From the IMG/VR virus record IMGVR_UViG_3300031841_002239, positions 1 to 55,791 of that record: a stretch of DNA of 55,791 bases. One strand, written 5' to 3'. This document shows, one piece after another, positions 48,659-55,791 of the stretch (the stretch's first letter is position 1; every line of letters begins with the position of its first letter). Origin of the DNA: a virus. Taxonomy: Duplodnaviria > Caudoviricetes. The notes under the pieces were generated by a model, which saw nothing but the letters and a program-made list of their open reading frames with translations, ran no database searches and was not told the DNA's origin. The position numbers and the translations under genes were made by a program.

Positions 48659-49249
48659 TTAGGTTCTATTAGATATAATTTCGTCCACTAATCCAAAGTC
48701 TAATGCTTCTTGAGATGTCATAAAGTTATCTCTATCCATAGCCGCCTCAAACTCTTCATAAGTTTTACCTTTGGTATTATGTAAAACGTATGCCTCTGTG
48801 AGTTCCTTTTTAATACGGATTATCTCATTAGCACGAATTTGAATATCACTTGCTTGTCCACTTGCACCACCTAATGGTTGGTGTATCATATGTCTGGCAC
48901 CAGGTAATATAAAACGTTTACCAGGAGCACCACTATTAGCAAGGAAACTTCCCATACTAGCCGCCTGTCCCATTACAATAGTAGACACATCTGGTTTTAT
49001 ATATTGCATTGTGTCGTACATTGCCATACCACTTGTTACAGTTCCGCCAGGACTATTAATGTAAAAATTAATATCAGCATCACTATCCTCTGCTTCAAGG
49101 AAAAGTAACTGAGCACAAATACTATTTGATACTGCGTCGTTTACTTCTCCATTAAGGAATATGATTCTTTCTTTTAGTAGTCTACTATAAATGTCGTAAC
49201 TACGTTCGCCTTGAGCGGTCTTTTCTATTACATATGGTACAAAGTTCAT
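48659..49249 (-). CDS. clpP: ATP-dependent Clp protease proteolytic subunit
   Basis: [26 protein letters not shown] (Ser), MIHQP (His), DRD (Asp). Confidence 0.96.
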   Translation of the reverse strand: MNFVPYVIEKTAQGERSYDIYSRLLKERIIFLNGEVNDAVSNSICAQLLFLEAEDSDADINFYINSPGGTVTSGMAMYDTMQYIKPDVSTIVMGQAASMGSFLANSGAPGKRFILPGARHMIHQPLGGASGQASDIQIRANEIIRIKKELTEAYVLHNTKGKTYEEFEAAMDRDNFMTSQEALDFGLVDEIISNRT

Positions 49250-49253
49250 GTTA

Positions 49254-49625
49254 TTATTTACCTTCAGTTAGTTGTATAATTTTGTTAATAATGGCCTGCA
49301 TACCCTTTTGCCTTTGTACTGTTAAGTTTTTTGTGATACTGTGAAAGTCTCCAAAACGAATTGTACTAGGATCTGGTGTTGCTACCTCGGCCACTAGCCT
49401 TGCAATACCTTTTACCATAAAGGCATCACTGTCAGTTTGTATATCCCAAACTCCGTCTACTTTTTCAGCAGTAATCCACACAGCACTCTGACAACCACTC
49501 ACATAGTTTTCATTTGTTCTGATATTACTTACGTCATCCATGTCGCCACCAATCTCCAGAAGAATGTCATAGAACATCTCCTGGTCATGAGACACAGATT
49601 TTAGTTGTTCAAGAAGATCTGACAT
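49254..49625 (-). CDS. sufE: SufE-family sulfur acceptor
   Basis: [19 protein letters not shown] and LT-x-QR-x-x-G motifs. Confidence 0.85.
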   Translation of the reverse strand: MSDLLEQLKSVSHDQEMFYDILLEIGGDMDDVSNIRTNENYVSGCQSAVWITAEKVDGVWDIQTDSDAFMVKGIARLVAEVATPDPSTIRFGDFHSITKNLTVQRQKGMQAIINKIIQLTEGK

Positions 49626-49631
49626 ACTATA

Positions 49632-49659
49632 AGTATATAGTATTTTTTTAGATTGTCAA
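49632..49659 (-). promoter_or_regulatory. Sigma70-type promoter, ATG 6 nt after the -10 box
   Basis: TTGACA-N16-TATACT-TATAGT-ATG. Confidence 0.7.
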
Positions 49660-49663
49660 GTAA

Positions 49664-50002
49664 TTATCCGCAGTATGAGTAATAGGTATCGTATTCAGCA
49701 CCACTTGTAAGTTGTGCCAATGTACTGATGTCACCGTTAGTTGCTTTGTAAAGCTCTTTTGGATCTGCATCATCTTTGCTGAAGTAAACTACATAGTCAG
49801 CCGCATCATTAATACCATCTGTGGGATTATCGATTCTTTCTACAGGAGTATATCCATCAAAAGCACTTAATGGTGATACACCGCCAGGCGCCGCTTGACC
49901 AATATGCTCTCCTACAACTACGTCTGTTTTTGAACTAACTTCACTGCTTTTACTTGCATACCATTCGGCCGCATCTGCTGGATAGGTTCTGTCTGTTGGC
50001 AT
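49664..50002 (-). CDS. Hypothetical protein
   Basis: 112 aa, GGAG RBS. Confidence 0.65.
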   Translation of the reverse strand: MPTDRTYPADAAEWYASKSSEVSSKTDVVVGEHIGQAAPGGVSPLSAFDGYTPVERIDNPTDGINDAADYVVYFSKDDADPKELYKATNGDISTLAQLTSGAEYDTYYSYCG

Positions 50003-50023
50003 TTTTAAAACTCCAATAAAAAT

Positions 50024-50731
50024 TTATATACAAGTATTTATCTTCCAAACATAATCTGTGTAAGTCATAAACGGTTTATTGTTGGCAGTTATGCTTGTTA
50101 ATAAATCATTTGTATATTTTAATTCAAACTTCACAGACTCCTGTAAAGCAGGCCAATGCCATTGTTCATTTTTATTTGGTTGCACCAATAAATGATTGAT
50201 TGGCATTTGTTCTAAATGCCAGTTGTCTGTTAATCTGTATTCTGTGTGTTTAAAATTTCTGCAATCCTGGTCTTTAAGTGTAGTAAGTTTAAATATTCCT
50301 CCCTCTGTAACTGTATTACTATAGTCTAAAAATAAAACATTTACTCTATCAAAATACGAATTATGGAAGTACAGTCTTGTTCTGCCAGGATGTACATCAA
50401 AATAAGGCTTGCCTTTTATAATAGTAAAATTAATAACAATAAAGTCATCAAACAAATTACCTGAAAGTAAATCCTGTTGTAACAACCATATGTTTACCAA
50501 TTTGTCCATTGTTTGACTTACTGGACTATCAGGTGTTTGTACTTTCCATATAAAGTTATTAAAGTCTTGTCTAACACGTTCTATAAGTGTAGGTAAGTGA
50601 CCGTAGTCTCCCACAGCATTAACTATTTCAGATAGTTTGCTGATTCCAGTGTATGCTGTTGCGCCATGCTTTTTAGCACTATGCAGTAAGCCAAGTAAGT
50701 CTGTGTTGTAAGCACCATCAATATCTGTCAT
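50024..50731 (-). CDS. Hypothetical protein
   Basis: 235 aa; HPG-x-x-R motif. Confidence 0.65.
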   Translation of the reverse strand: MTDIDGAYNTDLLGLLHSAKKHGATAYTGISKLSEIVNAVGDYGHLPTLIERVRQDFNNFIWKVQTPDSPVSQTMDKLVNIWLLQQDLLSGNLFDDFIVINFTIIKGKPYFDVHPGRTRLYFHNSYFDRVNVLFLDYSNTVTEGGIFKLTTLKDQDCRNFKHTEYRLTDNWHLEQMPINHLLVQPNKNEQWHWPALQESVKFELKYTNDLLTSITANNKPFMTYTDYVWKINTCI

Positions 50732-50948
50732 ACTCTTGGCCGTCCCAGGTTAATCTAAATGTATTATATATGTCTTCGTTTTTAAATGTTGCCACTAAGC
50801 CTTTGCCTTTTACTCTATCAAGCTCTATGTCCTGAAACAAATAGAAGTATCTGGCACACCAAAGTAATACTTCACCTTTGATGTGATTACATTTCATACT
50901 TGCAGGTATTCCACTTCCTCCTGCCGGCAATTTAAATCGAACTTGCAT
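50718..50948 (-). CDS. Hypothetical protein (start reassigned to MQVRFK)
   Basis: ATG 5 nt after the minus-strand TAAATA (50954-50959). Confidence 0.55.
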   Translation of the reverse strand: MQVRFKLPAGGSGIPASMKCNHIKGEVLLWCARYFYLFQDIELDRVKGKGLVATFKNEDIYNTFRLTWDGQEYDRY

Positions 50949-50953
50949 GTCGA

Positions 50954-50968
50954 TATTTATGATAAATA
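50954..50968. promoter_or_regulatory. Back-to-back late promoters
   Basis: TATTTA-TGA-TAAATA, each core 5 nt from a divergent ATG. Confidence 0.7.
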
Positions 50969-50973
50969 GTTGC

Positions 50974-51330
50974 ATGAGGATAACAGAAATAGATAATTAT
51001 AAAAATTACGACAATCCCACCAATACTGAACTTGATAAAGAAATGAAACAAGCAGACGATATGTATTGGAAAAAGAAAGCAAAAGAGTTGGAGTTTGGTG
51101 GCTTACCACATCCTTACAGTAAACCATATCATTTTGTGAGTACCTTTAGAGGTAAAGTATCTGGACAAGGACCTCTGAGTGGTAAAACATTAAACAAGAT
51201 ACCAGGATCACACAGTGACTGGATTAAACATGGATTTCAAAAATCTAAAAGGCCAGACTTTGAAGGCTCTACAACTTATTATATAAATGCTACTGTTCTG
51301 AAGCATCTGGTTGACACAAATAAACTTTAA
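50974..51330 (+). CDS. Hypothetical protein (start reassigned to MRITEI)
   Basis: ATG 5 nt after TAAATA. Confidence 0.6.
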   Translation: MRITEIDNYKNYDNPTNTELDKEMKQADDMYWKKKAKELEFGGLPHPYSKPYHFVSTFRGKVSGQGPLSGKTLNKIPGSHSDWIKHGFQKSKRPDFEGSTTYYINATVLKHLVDTNKL

Positions 51331-51344
51331 CCATTTATAAAGAC

Positions 51345-51372
51345 TTGACTTTTAAAAAATTCGTGCTACACT
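51345..51372 (+). promoter_or_regulatory. Sigma70-type promoter facing a non-coding structured region
   Basis: TTGACT-N16-TACACT with extended TG. Confidence 0.6.
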
Positions 51373-51375
51373 CAC

Positions 51376-51462
51376 GATTACTTGTTCGTATAGACAGGGC
51401 TATACGAGACTCGGCAGGTTTGCGGAGTAAATCCACTACCCGCCGTCGAGCGGTAAGGAATC
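51376..51462 (+). ncRNA. Candidate structured non-coding RNA, family not recognised
   Basis: Closing stem GATTACTTG/TAAGGAATC, hairpin TCGTATAG/CTATACGA, arm CTCGGC/GTCGAG with inner GGA-GTAAA-TCC; GC-rich relative to flanks. Confidence 0.55.
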
Positions 51463-51474
51463 AAGGGCATACTT

Positions 51475-51711
51475 CTAGTTGAAGAATCGGCGATATGTTT
51501 TTAGCACCCACAAGTTAAACTTAGGCTTCTCCCATTGGCGTTCGTGTACATAGTATAAAAACATTTTAGTGAGCACTTCTAGACTGGCAATACTGGCACC
51601 CATAGTAACATTTCCAGTTATTAACCAAGACAGAAGAAAGGTATCAGCACTTGCTAGAACTCTCCAGGTGCATGTTTTTACCAAACTAATTATATGGGCT
51701 CGTTTCTTCAT
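51475..51711 (-). CDS. DUF2061 family membrane protein
   Basis: SLVKTCTWRV...ITG...LYYVHERQW signature. Confidence 0.8.
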   Translation of the reverse strand: MKKRAHIISLVKTCTWRVLASADTFLLSWLITGNVTMGASIASLEVLTKMFLYYVHERQWEKPKFNLWVLKTYRRFFN

Positions 51712-51719
51712 ATAATTAT

Positions 51720-52412
51720 TTAACTGATCCTGGTGTTAAAGTAATCAGCCCACATAATGTTTTGCTGTATAGATAAGTGATTAAATGTTTTACTGTTATA
51801 TATCTGTGTGGGTATTGTACCATTAAGAGTCATTATGTCTATATAAGTATCCATAAACTCTGCAAATAGTTCTACACAATCGTTGTTTACACTAAACCAT
51901 ACATGTGGAATTGCTAAATCCTGTAGCATACATAATGCTTTAATAGTATACTGATGCTGAGTTTTATCTGGTAGCTCTCCACTTATAACCTTTCGCTGAC
52001 ACTCTAACAGAAATTGTTTGCTGTAATTACTTAATCCAGTATCGTCATCTAACCAATTTAAATCTCTTACTCCCCATCTGCCAGGATTGGTATCAGGTTT
52101 AACATCACACTCTGGTGGTTGTCCAGTACGAGTTTCACACCAGTTCCAGAAGTTTGTCATGTTTTGACTGTTTATACCCAATGAGGTAGGCATATGAATT
52201 CTGCTACAGGGAGGATAGTCATATATAACATAGTCTGGTAATTCTGAATGTTCCACAGCATATTTCAGCATCAGATACTGACTGCGTGGCGATTGTGGTG
52301 TGGTAGCATAAACTATGGGCTCACAATTTAATTGAGATATCCAGTCACGTTTGCCTCCACCACGATAGTAGCCACTACAAAAACTGCCACCAAATATCCA
52401 TACTGTATTCAT
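51720..52412 (-). CDS. SGNH-hydrolase-like hypothetical protein
   Basis: WIFGGSF N-terminal block and C-terminal NHLS. Confidence 0.5.
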   Translation of the reverse strand: MNTVWIFGGSFCSGYYRGGGKRDWISQLNCEPIVYATTPQSPRSQYLMLKYAVEHSELPDYVIYDYPPCSRIHMPTSLGINSQNMTNFWNWCETRTGQPPECDVKPDTNPGRWGVRDLNWLDDDTGLSNYSKQFLLECQRKVISGELPDKTQHQYTIKALCMLQDLAIPHVWFSVNNDCVELFAEFMDTYIDIMTLNGTIPTQIYNSKTFNHLSIQQNIMWADYFNTRIS

Positions 52413-52453
52413 ATATCTTTATTTATAAACTACTGACTTAATAAATACTGATC

Positions 52454-53008
52454 ATGAACGTGGAAATGATTAATCCAAAATACCCTGTGTGGAGTATTAC
52501 TGATATGGAACTCACACAATTAGATTACAGGCGTGGTGAATCCAAAGGGTACCCTGGCAGATATCATTTAGATATCGTTAGCCCGGCAGACGATATCAAT
52601 CAGTTTGTGTCAGAATGGTGTAAACAATATGCTGATATAATTCGAATTGCTAAATCTGATAACATAGAACTCTGGGGTCAGATCTGGAAACACTATGCTG
52701 ACAATATCAGTATATCAGAAAATGTAGAGTTTACAGCAGATGAGCCTGGCTTCGCAATGGGACCACACACTGATAACAGATGGATAGTGGCAGTACTGAT
52801 AATTAATTTAGTGGACAATCCTGGAGGCAGTACCAATTTCCCACACCTGGACTGGCAGGCTTCAGATGCAGAGGGCGATGGTGTGTTCTTTTTGAACCAC
52901 ATTAATACTGCTCACAGTATCGATTGGCAAGGCACAACAGACAGATGGATAGCATACCACACTATCACAATAGAGGACATATATGAAAATATTAATACTG
53001 GGAGATAG
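52454..53008 (+). CDS. 2OG-Fe(II) oxygenase-like protein
   Basis: HTD...H...R facial-triad pattern (GPHTDN, TAHSI, DRWI). Confidence 0.6.
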   Translation: MNVEMINPKYPVWSITDMELTQLDYRRGESKGYPGRYHLDIVSPADDINQFVSEWCKQYADIIRIAKSDNIELWGQIWKHYADNISISENVEFTADEPGFAMGPHTDNRWIVAVLIINLVDNPGGSTNFPHLDWQASDAEGDGVFFLNHINTAHSIDWQGTTDRWIAYHTITIEDIYENINTGR

Positions 53009-53573
53009 TTGGGCGGCTGACTGGAGCGGTCAGTATGATCAGTATCAGGGCTGGCCTAACATACTGGCAGAACATCATAATGTCACTAACCGAGCACAGG
53101 CAGGTGTAAGCCAGTATAGTATCAACCAGCAACTACATCAGTCAGACATTGCTGACTATGACACCATAATAGTCAGTATCACATCGCCCTACAGACTGTA
53201 TACTCCGCAACACCCTGTACATCAGACTGGCTTACATGCCAATAGTGATTTAATATATACAGATTTAGAATATCATTTAACCCAACAACCAGATAACCCA
53301 CAAATACAGAGTGCTATAGGTTTTTATCGACATCACTTTGATACTGCTCAGGCAGAGTATATACATCGACTGCTGGTGCGTGACCTGTTAAGCGATCTGG
53401 AGCCCAATAACACCATAGTGACCAGTAACATAGCACATAACGAAATTGTGGTGGATCACATGTTCACTTATGTGGACGGCCACAGCATACATCAGAGTTA
53501 CCCAGGCAAAATTAATCACATGAATGAAGAAGGCAATCAGTTGTTTGCCCACAGCATACAGAGTTTGTTATGA
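52983..53573 (+). CDS. SGNH/GDSL-like protein
   Basis: ILGDSW, AQAGVS and NHMNEEGN motifs. Confidence 0.65.
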   Translation: MKILILGDSWAADWSGQYDQYQGWPNILAEHHNVTNRAQAGVSQYSINQQLHQSDIADYDTIIVSITSPYRLYTPQHPVHQTGLHANSDLIYTDLEYHLTQQPDNPQIQSAIGFYRHHFDTAQAEYIHRLLVRDLLSDLEPNNTIVTSNIAHNEIVVDHMFTYVDGHSIHQSYPGKINHMNEEGNQLFAHSIQSLL

Positions 53574-54268
53574 AAATTAGTCGGCATGTGGTAGACGGAT
53601 ATCCAGTATGGATAATAAAAAATGCACTCAGTAAACAGGTGTGCAGAAAATGGTTTGAATTCTATCAGAAGGAGGTGGTGTTCTGTGCCGGCAGTACTGA
53701 GTCAGATGATAACAAACAGGTCACATGGTGTAGTGGCAATACTGCTGAACAGATGTATCAGGTGTTTGGAGACAATCCCTATCTGCCAGACTGGAATACT
53801 GAACATGGGACCGAATTCACACACCAGCATGTACATCGTTGCCATGTTAATCTGTTTACTGACCAGCACACCTTTGTGGGACATCGTGATGTGGATAAAT
53901 CAGAACCCAAATCCGGATTAGTTACACTATGGTTTGGTAACCCTGGCTGGCAAACTGACTGGCAGGGCGGCTTCTATCTGGGAGAATCAGATGAACTGTA
54001 TGTGCCCAATGAGTTCAACACACAGGTTATATTTCCACATCAGTTATGGCATCGCATAGAAAGTGTATCGGAACCTCATCAGTTCAGACTCACAGTATAT
54101 GTGGGTTATTGTGATACCAAACTCCGTGCGTTTACTCCCACAGATATGCATAATCACTGGAGCAGAGATCCAGTCAGTAACAGACGCATAAACAGACATG
54201 TGGTGCTTCAGTATGGTGGCTCATCCAGTCAGCGAGTTCGCTGGCATCCAGTATTACCTGATAAATGA
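53570..54268 (+). CDS. 2OG-Fe(II) oxygenase (prolyl-hydroxylase-like)
   Basis: GHRD, W-x-x-DWQGG, IFP-x-x-x-WH and R-LT motifs. Confidence 0.72.
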   Translation: MKISRHVVDGYPVWIIKNALSKQVCRKWFEFYQKEVVFCAGSTESDDNKQVTWCSGNTAEQMYQVFGDNPYLPDWNTEHGTEFTHQHVHRCHVNLFTDQHTFVGHRDVDKSEPKSGLVTLWFGNPGWQTDWQGGFYLGESDELYVPNEFNTQVIFPHQLWHRIESVSEPHQFRLTVYVGYCDTKLRAFTPTDMHNHWSRDPVSNRRINRHVVLQYGGSSSQRVRWHPVLPDK

Positions 54269-54888
54269 AGACCGTGTCAGGTTTCTGGGACGTGCCTGAC
54301 AATCCCAAACCCAGTTATCAGCAGGGTCACATACAGAGTGTGAAATGGGATCAGACAGATTTATTCCTGACAGAACACAATTTCCCATATGAACACCTAC
54401 CAGCACACCAGATACTGACTGATAAAACACCCCGAAACCCTGAGTATTTAAAGTTTGGCAGACAGATATCAGCCACCGCACTAAAACGTTTAACTCCCAT
54501 ACTGACCAGTAAAATACTGTTACTGAAACATCTGGCAGAACTTTACCCAGCAGAAGACTACTATATGTGGATAGACTGTGTGAATACTGAAAACCTGGCG
54601 GAAATCAGTAATACTGAATCAGATAAAATCCTGTGCAGTCAGTATACTGGAGACAGATGGGAACGACAGAACATCACACTATATGGAGATATACCGAATC
54701 CATACCAGACCTGGTTATTAGCACAGGTGATCAAAGTACCAGCACACAGACTGGATAAACTGTGTGATGCCTATGTGGAAGCCGTAAAATATGTTGACAG
54801 CAGATATCCAGTTACTGATGCAGAGTTTCCGTTAGCCAGGGTATATGATCAACATCCTGATTGGTTTGAAATCATAAACAGGCCTTAA
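54265..54888 (+). CDS. Hypothetical protein, possibly glycosyltransferase/HtrL-like
   Basis: TVSGFWDV N-terminus, SK-x-x-LL and YMWID motifs. Confidence 0.45.
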   Translation: MKTVSGFWDVPDNPKPSYQQGHIQSVKWDQTDLFLTEHNFPYEHLPAHQILTDKTPRNPEYLKFGRQISATALKRLTPILTSKILLLKHLAELYPAEDYYMWIDCVNTENLAEISNTESDKILCSQYTGDRWERQNITLYGDIPNPYQTWLLAQVIKVPAHRLDKLCDAYVEAVKYVDSRYPVTDAEFPLARVYDQHPDWFEIINRP

Positions 54889-54910
54889 CGGGTATCTGAT
54901 AAATAGTATT

Positions 54911-55534
54911 ATGAACGACAACATGCAGGACATCTTAAAGAACTATTACGCCAGTGGTGGGAAGACTCTGTTCGAATCCGCAGAACAGTCTGACAGCACA
55001 ATACCAGACCGAGCCCGTAAAATAATAGCCACTTACAGCAGACAATCTGGATTTAAATCACCTGTGAAACCAGACATAGCCGCTATATCAGGTACTCCTG
55101 AAGAGGATTTACTTGCAGAAATAGAAAGCCAGTTGGTTAAAAGTTATACCAGTGACTCTAAAGTTGATTATAGTTATGTGAATAAAGCATGGCGACTGCA
55201 TGTAATGAATTTAAAGATGTCTATTCCTTCAAGGCATATGCTCAAAAGAATCCCAATGCCAAAAATGAATCAGAATTTTATCAACAATCTTGCTAAACAG
55301 GATGCCACAAGATATTTAACAATGTATCTGCAAGACACCGATCTGGATCATCCAGTTCTGGGTGATCATCCAGTTCTGGATCATCCAGTAAAAGCAAAAA
55401 CAGGCTTTGACGGTCGCCAGAGAAGCTCTGTAAAAGCAAAAAAGTTATCAGATTTAGTTCTAAATCAGCCTTTAAAAGCAAAAGCAAAAAAGTTATCAAA
55501 GTTATCAGATTTAGTTCTAAAAAAGCCTTTTTGA
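54911..55534 (+). CDS. Hypothetical protein with repeat-expanded C-terminus
   Basis: ATG 5 nt after TAAATA (54900-54905); DHPV x3 and KLSDLVL x2. Confidence 0.55.
   Translation: MNDNMQDILKNYYASGGKTLFESAEQSDSTIPDRARKIIATYSRQSGFKSPVKPDIAAISGTPEEDLLAEIESQLVKSYTSDSKVDYSYVNKAWRLHVMNLKMSIPSRHMLKRIPMPKMNQNFINNLAKQDATRYLTMYLQDTDLDHPVLGDHPVLDHPVKAKTGFDGRQRSSVKAKKLSDLVLNQPLKAKAKKLSKLSDLVLKKPF
55343..55530 (+). repeat. Short direct-repeat cluster
   Basis: GATCATCCAGT x3 (55343-55389); AAAGTTATCAGATTTAGTTCTAAA-NN-AGCCTTT at 55441 and 55498; several AAAGCAAAA copies. Confidence 0.8.
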
Positions 55535-55791
55535 ACCCTTAATTTTATACAATCCCAATAGTTGACGGAAGGGTCTTAAACAGACAGTAGACTTTTTCTG
55601 ACGAAAAAAAATTTTTCTGCCCAGACTGGGCTTCTATAGTGGTCAAACAAAAATGGGCTCGTATATAGCCCTGCTGTCATGAAATATCACTTTCTGTCGA
55701 CATACTGGTCGGGGTGGGGATTTTATATATTTTCTGACTTTTCCAGGAATTCCAGAATGTCTGCCTGGTCGTGACCGTCTGCCATCATGAG

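Noticed and set aside
53622-54481. Alternative-frame and antisense ORFs 53622-53921, 53702-53884, 54254-54481
   Set aside because: Overlap better-supported oxygenase and GT-like genes and show no motifs
55343-55530. Short repeats as CRISPR or iteron array
   Set aside because: Irregular unit length and spacing, no unique spacers of constant size, all in frame within an ORF
1-55791. tRNA genes, integrase, transposase, cas genes or stop-codon reassignment
   Set aside because: No cloverleaf with a T-loop consensus noticed in the intergenic gaps, no such proteins among the ORFs, and known genes are full length in the standard code

Overview
An AT-rich segment of a large, probably marine, T4-superfamily-like lytic phage genome infecting a Gram-negative (likely proteobacterial) host; host and habitat are inferences from gene content. 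Most genes are on the minus strand. Core content: family B DNA polymerase, sliding clamp, clamp loader, RNase H-type 5' exonuclease; a 7-deazaguanine cluster (TGT/DpdA-like transglycosylase, FolE, QueE, QueD-like T-fold protein) interleaved with a glycosyltransferase, GalE and a purine phosphoribosyltransferase; three large virion fibre/structural proteins; lysozyme, spanin pair and holin candidate; ClpA, ClpP, DnaJ and GroES-like proteins; PhoH, SufE, glutaredoxin, a c-type cytochrome and a full TonB-dependent receptor. Reading outside the ORF track gave the most interesting signals. (1) A self-contained unit of late promoter, two tandem glutamine (glnA-type) riboswitch aptamers, an unannotated 54-aa basic peptide and a terminator (18701-19069). 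(2) A promoter-driven multi-stem candidate ncRNA (51376-51462). (3) Systematic placement of ATG 5-7 nt behind both promoter classes, implying many leaderless mRNAs. (4) Several apparently catalytically dead host-enzyme homologues and six small ORFs missing from the track. All calls come from motif recognition by eye; no searches or folding programs were run.
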